A stretch of 47,659 nucleotides of DNA from Clostridia bacterium (lineage in GTDB: Bacteria > Bacillota > Clostridia > Peptostreptococcales > Caminicellaceae), in contig JANQEZ010000008.1 of NCBI GenBank assembly GCA_028278115.1, forward strand, positions 1-47,659. Direction: 5' to 3'. A program made the position numbers and the translations under genes. A model generated the notes under the pieces. That model saw only the letters and a list, made by a program, of their open reading frames with translations, searched no databases and was not told the origin of the DNA. Below are positions 33,507 to 44,533 of the stretch, piece by piece (within the stretch, counting starts at the first letter, position 1; each line of letters starts with the position of its first letter).

Positions 33507-34463
33507 ATGTCATTTTCATCAAAGACGAAAAATGAGCTTGTAAGAAAAATGTTTGAAAATAAATGTTGTCAATTTGCTGAAGCATCATCTTTGCTTAGGA
33601 TGAGTGGAACTATACAGTTAGCAGGATTAAACAGAGTTAATATAAAAGTAACAACTGAAAATCCCGCAATTGCAAGACTTATTTTTAAGCTGTTTAAGAA
33701 TAATTTTGGTGTCGATACAAAGGTTTTGGTTAAAAAGAATAAAGTATTGAAAAAAGGAAATACCTATGTAGTTTCAATTTCAAATGCAAAGGATATATTG
33801 CAGGAGCTTGAAATTATTGGATTTGAGAATAATAGTTTTAATATAAATTATAAACTGCCTCAAAAACTCTTGAATAGTGAGTGCTGCAAAAGGGCATATT
33901 TGCGAGGGGCATTCTTAGGTGGCGGTTCTGTCAGTGATCCGGAAAAAACCTACCATCTTGAGTTTGTTACCCACAATGAAGAATTTAGTGGGGAGTTGTC
34001 AAAACTAGTCAATAGCTATGGACTTAAGGCAAAGATTATCCTAAGAAAAAACAATTATGTAGTATATTTGAAGGAAGGGGACCAGATAGTCGATTTACTT
34101 AATATAATAGGAGCCCATAACGCATTAATGCAGCTTGAAAATATTAGAATAATCAAGCAGATGAGGAATAATGTTAATAGAATAGTAAACTGTGAAACTG
34201 CAAATCTCAGTAAGATAGTGGAAGCTTCGATACGTCAAATCAAAAATATTCAATATATTGAGAGAACTGCTGGGTTTAAGGTTTTACCAGATAACTTAAG
34301 AGAAATAGCTGAACTTAGGCTTAAATATAAAAATGCTAGTTTAAAGGAACTGGGTCAAATACTTAATCCTCCCGTAGGCAAATCTGGAGTAAATCATAGG
34401 TTGAGGAAAATTGAAAAGATAGCTGAGCGACTGAGAAAGAAGGGAGAATTTCATAATGATTAG
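33507..34463 (+). CDS. whiA: DNA-binding protein WhiA
   Basis: FSSKTKNEL...CC N-terminus, LAGLIDADG-like middle domain and C-terminal HTH (SGVNHRLRKI). Lies in the rapZ-yvcK-whiA context. Confidence 0.92.
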   Translation: MSFSSKTKNELVRKMFENKCCQFAEASSLLRMSGTIQLAGLNRVNIKVTTENPAIARLIFKLFKNNFGVDTKVLVKKNKVLKKGNTYVVSISNAKDILQELEIIGFENNSFNINYKLPQKLLNSECCKRAYLRGAFLGGGSVSDPEKTYHLEFVTHNEEFSGELSKLVNSYGLKAKIILRKNNYVVYLKEGDQIVDLLNIIGAHNALMQLENIRIIKQMRNNVNRIVNCETANLSKIVEASIRQIKNIQYIERTAGFKVLPDNLREIAELRLKYKNASLKELGQILNPPVGKSGVNHRLRKIEKIAERLRKKGEFHND

Positions 34464-34722
34464 AAAAGATTTTGAAATAAAAAATGATATGGGTCTACAT
34501 GCTAGAGCAGCTGCACTATTTGTACAAACGACCAATAAATTTGCATCGGATATCTTTGTTGAAAAGGATAATGCCAGGGTAAATGCTAAAAGTGTAATGG
34601 GAGTTATGGCTCTAGGTATTTCAAAGAATTCAAAGATTACCATAATAGTAAATGGCATAGACGAAGAAGAAGCTATGGAGGAGTTGTCAAACTTAATCGG
34701 AGTCAAATTGATTAACCTATAG
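34456..34722 (+). CDS. HPr-family phosphocarrier protein (Crh/HPr-like)
   Basis: GLHARAAA (His-15 site) and KSVMGVMALG (Ser-46 site). 8-nt overlap with whiA. Confidence 0.88.
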   Translation: MIRKDFEIKNDMGLHARAAALFVQTTNKFASDIFVEKDNARVNAKSVMGVMALGISKNSKITIIVNGIDEEEAMEELSNLIGVKLINL

Positions 34723-34750
34723 GTGCTGTAAAATATCAGCTCCTTTTTTT
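34722..34750 (+). terminator. Intrinsic terminator after hpr
   Basis: GGTGCTG...CAGCTCC stem with one mismatch, followed by TTTTTTT. Confidence 0.55.
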
Positions 34751-34830
34751 ATTGCTAAGGAACTCTATCACAAGTAAAATATCGTGTTCTAATTACCTTC
34801 TTCTTAAAACCTATTAGAAAGCCCCTAATA

Positions 34831-34872
34831 CTTGCAACTTGGAACTTAGAACTTAAAACTTGCAACTAAAGC
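34831..34872 (+). repeat. Heptanucleotide tandem array (CTTNNAA-type, 6 units)
   Basis: CTTGCAA CTTGGAA CTTAGAA CTTAAAA CTTGCAA CTAAAGC, followed by the palindrome CAAAGGCCTTTG. Confidence 0.8.
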
Positions 34873-35184
34873 TTGTCGCCAAAGGCCTTTGTCCTTTTAA
34901 ACTATTTTCAGTTTGTATGAAAATTTTTCCGAAAAAAGGGTATAAATTATATTAACTTTTGGGATAATTAATGTAAAAGCTTATTTATAAGCATATTCGA
35001 GTTTAAACTGAGAAAATTAAATTACTAAGTCGTAAATCTATATGAATGCAGCCATTATACATTGAATTTAGGACTCTGACCCTAAAAAAAAATCTTGATT
35101 ATTGGAGGTTTTTAGTAATCAATGTCGAAACATACTAATGGTTAAATTTTTACTAATTATTCTCAATTATTGGAGGACTTCATA

Positions 35185-36285
35185 ATGGGCAGTAAACTCA
35201 TCAAAATTAATGTTGCTGAGCTGGAAGATGGAATGATACTAGGAGAAAATCTATTTGATGCCATGGGAAACATATTGATTAGTGATGGAATTACTCTAAA
35301 GAAATCATATATAAAGAAAATAATTAACCATGATATAGATAAGGTCTATATAAAAGAAAAAGTTAAATCAGAGAATGAGGAAGAAGGCAAAAGTACTCCT
35401 TATATTATAAAGACAAGATTAGAAGCAAAAAAACTCATTGGGGAAGCGATGGAGGCTTTATCTTTAAATGGAGCTATAGTCGAAAAAGTCTTAGTTATTG
35501 TAAATAAACTTATAGAAGATTTATTGGACAATGATGAAATCATTAGTAGTCTAGGAAAATTAAGGTCCGTTGATGATTATACATTAGAGCATTCCGTTAA
35601 TGTCTGTATAATGTCATTGATACTGGGAATTTCATATGGAATTAAATACGATGATCTGATTGACTTAGGAACAGGAGCTATACTCCATGATATTGGTAAA
35701 ATGATGATTCCACAGGAAATTCTCAATAAACCAGGTTCTCTAACAATTGATGAGTATGAAATAGTAAAGAGGCATACTGAATATGGCTATGAGATATTAA
35801 AAAACATTAAAGGTATAAGCGATATAGCTGCCGAAGTGGCATTAAATCATCATGAACGATTGGATGGTAATGGATATCCATATGGGAAAAAAATAGATCA
35901 AATTAAAATATATTCTAGGATTGTGGCGATATGTGATGTTTATGACGCATTAACCTCCGATAGAGTATATAAGAAAAAAATTGAGCACTATAAAGCTTTA
36001 GAATACATATGTAAAATGGTAAATTCCCAATTCGATAACGAATTAGTAAAAAAACTACTTAACTGTGTAAAAATATATCCCATTGGCAGCATGGTTAAAC
36101 TCAATACAAATGAAATAGGGTTAGTGGTTGATATAGCTAAAATCAATCCTTCTAAGCCTGTAGTTAGAATTCTTATAGACGAAAAAGGGGACAAAGTAGC
36201 TGATTATTTAGAAGTAGATACCAATAAAAACATAGATATTCAAGTTACAAATGTATTCCCAAGATTTCAAGGAAATTTTGGATAG
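35185..36285 (+). CDS. HD-GYP domain-containing protein (putative c-di-GMP phosphodiesterase)
   Basis: HDIGK and HHERLDGNGYP motifs. Start at ATG 35185 after GGAGGA. Confidence 0.88.
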   Translation: MGSKLIKINVAELEDGMILGENLFDAMGNILISDGITLKKSYIKKIINHDIDKVYIKEKVKSENEEEGKSTPYIIKTRLEAKKLIGEAMEALSLNGAIVEKVLVIVNKLIEDLLDNDEIISSLGKLRSVDDYTLEHSVNVCIMSLILGISYGIKYDDLIDLGTGAILHDIGKMMIPQEILNKPGSLTIDEYEIVKRHTEYGYEILKNIKGISDIAAEVALNHHERLDGNGYPYGKKIDQIKIYSRIVAICDVYDALTSDRVYKKKIEHYKALEYICKMVNSQFDNELVKKLLNCVKIYPIGSMVKLNTNEIGLVVDIAKINPSKPVVRILIDEKGDKVADYLEVDTNKNIDIQVTNVFPRFQGNFG

Positions 36286-36309
36286 TATATAATTAAAAGT
36301 AGATATTTA

Positions 36310-36339
36310 AGAGCTTCCTTTATGTAAAGGGAGCTTTTT
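36310..36339 (+). terminator. Intrinsic terminator after the HD-GYP gene
   Basis: AGCTTCCTTTA-TG-TAAAGGGAGCT followed by TTTTTA. Confidence 0.7.
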
Positions 36340-36472
36340 ATAATTAACCTAGATTATTCATAGAGTTTTAAAAGAAATAATTAGACTTATTTATGTTTTA
36401 CATAGTATAATGTAGACATATGAAGAAGAAATACTTGATACTTTGTATTGTGATTAGAAAGGATGAAGGAAT

Positions 36473-39400
36473 ATGTCAAATAAGTTTGTACATCTTCATC
36501 TTCATAGTGAGTACAGTTTGTTAGATGGATATACAAGGATTTCAAAGCTCTTTTCCAAGATTAAGGAGCTGGGAATGGATTCTGTTGCCATCACCGATCA
36601 TGGAGCAATGTTTGGTGTGGTAGACTTTTATAAAGAAGCTATGAAACATGGAATAAAGCCTATAATAGGCTGCGAAGTTTATACAGCGCCAAGAACACGA
36701 TTCGATAAAGATCCCCTTAAGGATAAAAATATGGGACATCTCGTTCTGCTTGCTAAAAACAATAATGGATACGATAATTTGATAAAAATTGTATCCAAGG
36801 GCTATACAGAAGGCTTTTATTATAAGCCCAGAATTGATTTTGATTTGCTTAAAGAGCATAGTGAAGATATAATTTGTCTTAGTGCATGTATTGCAGGAGA
36901 CGTCCAAAGAAAAATTCTAAATGGGGATTATGAAGGTGCAAAGCAAATGTCCCTGATGTTAAATGAAATTTATGGACAAGATAATTTTTATTTAGAAATA
37001 CAGGACCACGGAATAGAAGAACAAAAAACAATAAATAGAAATTTAATAAAGTTAAGTCAAGATACAGGCATACCGTTAGTTGCAACAAATGATGTGCACT
37101 ATTTGAATAAGGACGACTATACAAACCACGATATACTCCTCTGTATCCAAACTGGCAAGACCCTAGATGAAGAGGGACGAATGAAATTTCCTTCAAATGA
37201 GTTCTATCTTAAATCCTATGATGAGATGCTAAAGCTATTCCCCTATGCTAAAGAGGCATTAGACAACACTGCAAAAATAGCTGAAATGTGTAATGTGGAA
37301 TTTGATTTCAATCAAATGCACCTACCGGGATTTGATGTTCCTAAAGAGTACAGCCACAGCCAGTACTTGAGGAATCTGTGCTATGAAGGACTTAATAAGC
37401 GGTATGAATTAGTAACGGACGAAATAAGAGAAAGACTAGAATACGAACTAAGTACCATAGAAAATATGGGTTATATAGATTACTTTTTAATAGTTTGGGA
37501 CTTTATAAAATATGCCAAGGATAATGGAATCATAGTAGGACCTGGTAGGGGAAGCTGCGGAGGAAGCATTGTTGCCTATACACTGAATATTACTGATATA
37601 GATCCCATAAAATACAGCTTGATTTTTGAGAGGTTTCTAAACCCTGAAAGGGTTACAATGCCTGATATAGACATAGACTTTGAAGATGAAAGACGTCAAG
37701 AGGTAATTGATTACGTTATAAGGAAGTATGGCAAGGAGAAGGTTGCACAGATAATTACCTTTGGAACAATGGCAGCTAGGGGAGCAATTCGAGACGTAGG
37801 AAGAGCAATAAACATGTCCTATGGAGAAGTGGATAAAATAGCTAAGCAGATTCCCCATCAGCTAGGAATAACAATTGAAAAAGCGTTAGAGCTAAACCCA
37901 AAGCTTAAGGAAATGTATCAGAATGATGAAAATGCAAAATACCTTATAGACAGTGCTATGGCGGTGGAAGGCTTACCTAGACATGCTTCAACCCATGCCG
38001 CAGGGGTAGTTATATCAAAGAAAGCCGTTGACGAATATGTACCGCTATACCTACATGATAATAATGTCACTACACAATTTAATATGAATTTACTAGAGGA
38101 ATTAGGGCTTCTGAAAATGGACTTCTTAGGACTCCGTAACCTTACAGTACTAAAGGAAGCCACAAAACTGATTAAATATAATAGAGGCATAGATATAGAC
38201 CTTGAGAAAATTCCCTATGATGATAAAGGAACCTATAAGCTCATAAGTAGTGGAGAAACATTAGGAGTTTTTCAGCTTGAAAGCTCTGGGATGAGACAGT
38301 TTATCAAGGAGTTAAAGCCTGAGTCCCTTGAGGATATTATTGCAGGAATCTCCCTTTTTAGACCTGGACCTATGGAATCTATTCCAAAATATATTAAAAA
38401 TAAAAATAATCCAGATGAAGTAACATATCTGCATCCAAAACTGGAGTCTATACTTAAGGTTACCTACGGCTGCCTTGTATATCAGGAACAGGTTATGCAG
38501 GTGGTTAGGGAGCTTGGCGGCTATAGTTTTGCCAGAAGTGATTTAGTAAGAAGGGCAATGGGCAAAAAGAAGATGGATGTCATGAGAAAGGAAAGAGAGT
38601 ACTTTATCAATGGAAAACTAGATGAAGATGACAATATTGAGATTGCTGGATGTGTGAGAAATGGTGTTAGCAAGGATATTGCCAATATTATTTTTGATGA
38701 TATGATAGATTTCGCTAAATATGCATTTAACAAGAGTCACGCTGCAAGCTATGCTGTTTTAGCCTATCAAACGGCATATTTAAAACACCATTATCCAGTT
38801 GAATTTATGGCAGCACTCATGACAAGTGTAATGGGCAATTCTTCAAAGGTAGCACAATATATAGGGGATTGTAAGAGACTTGGAATTGATATATTACCAC
38901 CCCATATAAATGAGAGCTTTGCAAAATTTACTGTTTCCAAGGATAAAATTAGATTTGGATTATTGGCAATAAAAAATGTCGGTAATGGCATCATTAGCTC
39001 TATAGTTAAAATGAGAAAGAGCCAAAAATTTACTAGCTTTATGGACTTTTGTGAAAGAATAGAGACTAAGGAATTAAATAAAAGAGCTGTTGAAAGCATG
39101 ATAAAGGCTGGAGTATTTGACTCATTAAACCTTACCAGAGCAGGTCTGCTGGCAGCCTATGAAAGAATAATTGAAGGAATACATCAAGATAGAAGAAGGA
39201 ATATAGCAGGTCAAGTTTCTCTTTTTAACACTTTTAATGAAACTCTGCCCGACACTATAAAGAGTGAGGTCCTTGCAGATGTTAAAGAGTTTCCAGACAA
39301 ATATCTATTAAATTTTGAAAAAGAAATCCTTGGAATATATCTAAGTGGACACCCTCTATCGGAATATGAAGAGTTGATAGGCAAAGTGGCAACAGCTAAT

Positions 39401-39976
39401 TCAAGTGATTTAAAGGAAATTCAAGATGAAAATAATGCTTTAGGGCTTAGGGATGGACAAAAAATTATAGTTACGGGTATAGTAATGAAAAAGCAGGATA
39501 AAACTACCAAAAACAATAATCTAATGGCCTTCCTAACACTGGAGGATTTGTTTGGAACAATAGAAGTTATAGCCTTTCCTGGAGTTTATGATAGATGTAT
39601 TCAGCACTTATATGAAGATAGCATTATAATAGTGGTTGGGAAAATCAATTTAAAAGAGGATGAGGAACCAAAAATAATTGCAGAAAATATAGTTCCTCTT
39701 ACTGAAGAAAAAGTTAATATGATTATAAGTAGAAAAAAACCCTTTCTAAAGAGAGCTAGGAAGGTATATCTTAAGCTTAGAAATAGAGATAAAGCCCTAA
39801 TGGGTAGAATAAGACAAATACTTCAGAAAAATAAAGGTACTACTCCCGTTTATCTTTACATTGAATCAGAAAAATTAAAATTATTAGCTGATAAAGATTT
39901 ATGGGTAGATATAGATGAAGAAATGATAAATGAGTTAAAAAAGGTCATAGGTGGAGATTCCATAAAGGTATGTTAA
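36473..39976 (+). CDS. dnaE: DNA polymerase III subunit alpha DnaE
   Basis: 1167 aa with an N-terminal PHP domain (HLHLHSEYSLLDG), a polymerase core (GPGRGS, PDIDIDF) and an OB fold near the C-terminus. Confidence 0.95.
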   Translation: MSNKFVHLHLHSEYSLLDGYTRISKLFSKIKELGMDSVAITDHGAMFGVVDFYKEAMKHGIKPIIGCEVYTAPRTRFDKDPLKDKNMGHLVLLAKNNNGYDNLIKIVSKGYTEGFYYKPRIDFDLLKEHSEDIICLSACIAGDVQRKILNGDYEGAKQMSLMLNEIYGQDNFYLEIQDHGIEEQKTINRNLIKLSQDTGIPLVATNDVHYLNKDDYTNHDILLCIQTGKTLDEEGRMKFPSNEFYLKSYDEMLKLFPYAKEALDNTAKIAEMCNVEFDFNQMHLPGFDVPKEYSHSQYLRNLCYEGLNKRYELVTDEIRERLEYELSTIENMGYIDYFLIVWDFIKYAKDNGIIVGPGRGSCGGSIVAYTLNITDIDPIKYSLIFERFLNPERVTMPDIDIDFEDERRQEVIDYVIRKYGKEKVAQIITFGTMAARGAIRDVGRAINMSYGEVDKIAKQIPHQLGITIEKALELNPKLKEMYQNDENAKYLIDSAMAVEGLPRHASTHAAGVVISKKAVDEYVPLYLHDNNVTTQFNMNLLEELGLLKMDFLGLRNLTVLKEATKLIKYNRGIDIDLEKIPYDDKGTYKLISSGETLGVFQLESSGMRQFIKELKPESLEDIIAGISLFRPGPMESIPKYIKNKNNPDEVTYLHPKLESILKVTYGCLVYQEQVMQVVRELGGYSFARSDLVRRAMGKKKMDVMRKEREYFINGKLDEDDNIEIAGCVRNGVSKDIANIIFDDMIDFAKYAFNKSHAASYAVLAYQTAYLKHHYPVEFMAALMTSVMGNSSKVAQYIGDCKRLGIDILPPHINESFAKFTVSKDKIRFGLLAIKNVGNGIISSIVKMRKSQKFTSFMDFCERIETKELNKRAVESMIKAGVFDSLNLTRAGLLAAYERIIEGIHQDRRRNIAGQVSLFNTFNETLPDTIKSEVLADVKEFPDKYLLNFEKEILGIYLSGHPLSEYEELIGKVATANSSDLKEIQDENNALGLRDGQKIIVTGIVMKKQDKTTKNNNLMAFLTLEDLFGTIEVIAFPGVYDRCIQHLYEDSIIIVVGKINLKEDEEPKIIAENIVPLTEEKVNMIISRKKPFLKRARKVYLKLRNRDKALMGRIRQILQKNKGTTPVYLYIESEKLKLLADKDLWVDIDEEMINELKKVIGGDSIKVC

Positions 39977-40003
39977 GGATTTTTAATGGCTTTGGTAAAA
40001 ATA

Positions 40004-40465
40004 TTAGGCATCCCTTGAATGAGCTAGTCTTGCAGATGCTGCTGCTGCAATACCTGCAACAATGTCATCTAAAAAAGTATGGACTCGAGGGCCTTTGACA
40101 TTAAGCTCCTTTAAAATACCGATTTTTTCTTTATCCAAGTATCCAAAATTTGTTAAACCAATTGATCCGTAGATATTTGTTATACTTAGAGCCAGTATTT
40201 CATCAATGCCATAGAGAGGTTCGTCTCTTTTTAGTATACTAAGCAGAGGTTCATCAACGCCATCGTTTTCTGCTAAAATATCCAATGCTACACCTGTTAG
40301 TACAGCATGTTGAACCTCTCTTTTTCCTAAAACTTTTTCTACGCTTTCTATACATTCTTCAATTGTAAGCTCATAGTATTTTGATTGCAGGAAATAGACT
40401 AGGTTTGCTATGTCTTTAATCTCTACGCCTCTGTCAATCAGCATATTTTTTACAATATCTTTCAA
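40004..40465 (-). CDS. Phosphatidylglycerophosphatase A family protein (YutG-like)
   Basis: 153 aa. The C-terminal DDIVAGIAAAASARL segment is typical of PgpA-domain proteins. TTG start after GGGAGG. Confidence 0.65.
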   Translation of the reverse strand: MKDIVKNMLIDRGVEIKDIANLVYFLQSKYYELTIEECIESVEKVLGKREVQHAVLTGVALDILAENDGVDEPLLSILKRDEPLYGIDEILALSITNIYGSIGLTNFGYLDKEKIGILKELNVKGPRVHTFLDDIVAGIAAAASARLAHSRDA

Positions 40466-40674
40466 TACAAAGCCTCCCTTATAATATAATAAATAGTACT
40501 ATATTTATTATATTATAAAATCCTATAATTATGATTTAAAATAGGTGGCAAAGGGCTTATGAAAAGTATATGTAGAAAATATACTTGAATAATTGTATAG
40601 TTTGTCGTATTGAAATTTCTTGAAAAATGATTTAAAATATAAAACGAAATTATGTTTCAGAAGGGAAGACTAAT

Positions 40675-40860
40675 ATGTGGACTGTAATACATGTTGCACA
40701 TCAAGAAGAAGAGGCACAAAGGATAAAAGAAAAGTTGAATACAGAAGGCTTTCTAGTTAAATTTAGGAAGATTGGGAAATTGGATGATGCTATATTTGAG
40801 TTATTAGTTCCTGAATCTGAAGCTGGTGAAGCACATGGCGTTATTAATAATCAATATTAA
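40675..40860 (+). CDS. Small hypothetical protein (61 aa)
   Basis: Good RBS (GAAGGGAAG) and acidic/charged composition. I recognise no family. Confidence 0.5.
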   Translation: MWTVIHVAHQEEEAQRIKEKLNTEGFLVKFRKIGKLDDAIFELLVPESEAGEAHGVINNQY

Positions 40861-41082
40861 ATCTGGATTTAATGCTCTATTTACAGAAATATAGTATAAT
40901 ATACTATATTGATTTAACTGAGTACTTTATTACTAAGATATATATTTATAAAACTACTTATAGATACTCTGCGTAGTAGAATATTAAAGGGGTTTTAATG
41001 GTATAGTTATTGCAATATGTAATATAAACTCTGTGAAGATAATCAAAGCTGTTTTTAATAAATAATATTGAGGAGTGATTAA

Positions 41083-42042
<960 letters not shown>

Positions 42043-42070
42043 AAAAATAATAATATTAAGAGGTGAAAAT

Positions 42071-43828
42071 ATGAGAAAAACAAAAATAGTTTGTACAATT
42101 GGACCAACAAGTGAATCAAAGGAAATGTTTTCAAACCTAGTTAAAAGTGGGCTTAATGTTGCAAGGCTAAACTTTTCCCACGGAGACCATGACGAGCATC
42201 TTCAAAGAATTAAAATGATTAAGGAAGTTAGAGAAGAATTAAATCTTCCAGTAGCCATTTTACTAGATACTAAGGGTCCTGAAATAAGAACTGGAAAATT
42301 TGCAAATGAGGCTGTTGAGTTAGTTGAAGGACAAGAATTTATACTTACTACAGAAGATATTGCAGGTGACGAGACGAAATGTAGCATTACATATGACAGC
42401 TTACCTGGTGATGTAAAAAAAGGTGATAAAATCTTAATAGATGATGGCTTAATAGAGCTTGAAGTAATTGAAATTTTAAATGACAAAGAAATTAGATGTG
42501 AAGTTAAAAATGGTGGAACAGTAAAGAATAAAAAGGGTGTAAACGTACCGGGTGTTAAAATAAATCTTCCTGCTATAACTGCAAAGGATATAAGCGATAT
42601 TGAATTTGGTATAAAGAATGGAATTGACTTTATTGCTGCTTCATTTATTCGTAAGGCGGATGACGTTCATGCTATTAGAAGAATCTTAGAGGTAAATAAT
42701 GCCCACGAAGTTCAAATAATCTCAAAGATAGAAAATCAAGAAGGTCTTGACAATATTGACGAGATAATTGAAGTATCCGATGGAATAATGGTTGCCAGAG
42801 GAGATTTGGGTGTGGAAATACCTACAGAAATGGTTCCATTAGCTCAAAAGACAATGATAAGAAAGTGTAATGAAGCAGGAAAGCCAGTTATTACAGCTAC
42901 TCAAATGCTTGACTCCATGATGAGAAATCCAAGACCTACAAGAGCAGAAGTAACTGATGTTGCAAATGCAATATTCGATGGAACCGATGCTATAATGTTA
43001 TCCGGTGAAACAGCAGCAGGAAAATACCCTCTAGAAGCAGTACAAACAATGGCAAATATTGCTGAGAGAACAGAGCAATCCCTTGATTATGAAGGAATAT
43101 TAAGAAGAGGCGCAGATAATAAACAAGCCAGTGTTACATATGCTGTAAGTCATGCAACCTGTACAACAGCTCATGATTTAGGAGCAGCGGGCATAATCAG
43201 TGCAACTTCTTCAGGATTTACTGCAAGGATGGTTTCAAAGTTTAGACCAAAGGCTCCAATAATAGCTGCTACAACTAAAGAGGAAATGGTAAGAAGATTA
43301 ATATTAATATGGGGTGTACAACCAGTATTAATTGGAGATGCAAAATCAACAGATGAAATCTTTGACTTATCAGTTGAAAAGGCTATAGAGCAAGGCTATA
43401 TAGATAATGGAGATTTAGTAGTAATCACAGCGGGAGTTCCTGTAGGAGTTTCTGGAGCTACTAATCTTATAAAGGTTCATATAGTTGGAGAAGTATTAAT
43501 GAAGGGTATGGGGGTAGGAAACAACGCTGCTTCAGGTAAAGTATGCAGTGCTAAGACGGTTTCAGAGCTTGGTGACAAGTTTGAAGAAGGTGATGTAATA
43601 GTAAGTGTTGCAACTGATAAAGATATGATAAAATATATAGAGAAAGCCTCAGCTATCATAGTAGAAGAGGGAGGTCTTTCTTCCCACGCTGCTATAGTTG
43701 GACTAAGCCTTGGTAAGCCAGTTATAGTAGGTGCAGAAAATGCTATAAATATATTAAAAGATGGACAAATGGTAACAGTTGATGCAATAAGAGGTCTAGT
43801 ATATAGTGGAAAAACAAGAGTACTTTAA
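42071..43828 (+). CDS. pyk: Pyruvate kinase with a C-terminal PEP-utilizer mobile domain
   Basis: MRKTKIVCTIGP, ARGDLGVEIP and MLSGETA motifs. The extra ~100-aa C-terminal domain carries GGLSSHAAIV, as in Bacillus/Geobacillus Pyk. Confidence 0.95.
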   Translation: MRKTKIVCTIGPTSESKEMFSNLVKSGLNVARLNFSHGDHDEHLQRIKMIKEVREELNLPVAILLDTKGPEIRTGKFANEAVELVEGQEFILTTEDIAGDETKCSITYDSLPGDVKKGDKILIDDGLIELEVIEILNDKEIRCEVKNGGTVKNKKGVNVPGVKINLPAITAKDISDIEFGIKNGIDFIAASFIRKADDVHAIRRILEVNNAHEVQIISKIENQEGLDNIDEIIEVSDGIMVARGDLGVEIPTEMVPLAQKTMIRKCNEAGKPVITATQMLDSMMRNPRPTRAEVTDVANAIFDGTDAIMLSGETAAGKYPLEAVQTMANIAERTEQSLDYEGILRRGADNKQASVTYAVSHATCTTAHDLGAAGIISATSSGFTARMVSKFRPKAPIIAATTKEEMVRRLILIWGVQPVLIGDAKSTDEIFDLSVEKAIEQGYIDNGDLVVITAGVPVGVSGATNLIKVHIVGEVLMKGMGVGNNAASGKVCSAKTVSELGDKFEEGDVIVSVATDKDMIKYIEKASAIIVEEGGLSSHAAIVGLSLGKPVIVGAENAINILKDGQMVTVDAIRGLVYSGKTRVL

Positions 43829-43874
43829 TTTAGCATGAATATATAGATTCATGATGCTTAAAGAGGGGGATTAT

Positions 43875-44291
43875 ATGTATACAAAGGATGCAAGGATTAG
43901 AGTAAGATATGCAGAAACGGATCAAATGGGGGTAGTATATCATGGTAACTATTACACTTGGTTTGAAGTAGGTAGATCGGAATTCTTTAATTCTTTAGGA
44001 TATACATACAAGGAATTAGAGCAGGAAGGTATAATACTTCCCCTGACTGAAAGTTATTGTGAATATATTAAACCTGCAAAGTATTTTGATGATATTATTA
44101 TAAGAACTAAAATTATCGCTTTAAAGGGTATAAGGATTACCTTTGGTTACGAAGTAATCAGAGAAGAAGACCATGCTTTGCTTGCTAAGGGAAAGACCAC
44201 ACATGCCTTTGTAAATAAAGAATTAAAGCCTGTAAGGATTAAGAAAGTCAATAAAAAGGTATGGGAGCTTTTAGAAAAATGTGTTAATTAG
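43875..44291 (+). CDS. Acyl-CoA thioesterase (YbgC/4HBT hot-dog fold)
   Basis: RVRYAETDQMGVVYHGNY N-terminal catalytic motif. Confidence 0.85.
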   Translation: MYTKDARIRVRYAETDQMGVVYHGNYYTWFEVGRSEFFNSLGYTYKELEQEGIILPLTESYCEYIKPAKYFDDIIIRTKIIALKGIRITFGYEVIREEDHALLAKGKTTHAFVNKELKPVRIKKVNKKVWELLEKCVN

Positions 44292-44475
44292 CTGGAATTC
44301 ATTGAGCTTGTGGAATTATACTTTAAAAGTTAAGCACCAATTTATTCTTATAAATAGAAAAAATTTATTAAAATTAAAAAAAAGATGTATAAACTTAACA
44401 AATATGTACTATAATTTAAAGGAGCAGTTAAGATTTCGTAATCTTTACGATGTGTAACTGATTCTAATATATTAA

Positions 44476-44508
44476 TGGCACCCCTATGGGTGCCAAATTT
44501 TTTTCTTT
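44476..44508 (+). terminator. Strong intrinsic terminator
   Basis: TGGCACCC-CTAT-GGGTGCCA followed by AAATTTTTTTCTTT. Confidence 0.8.
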
Positions 44509-44533
44509 ATTATAGACTTAAACACTTTTATCC

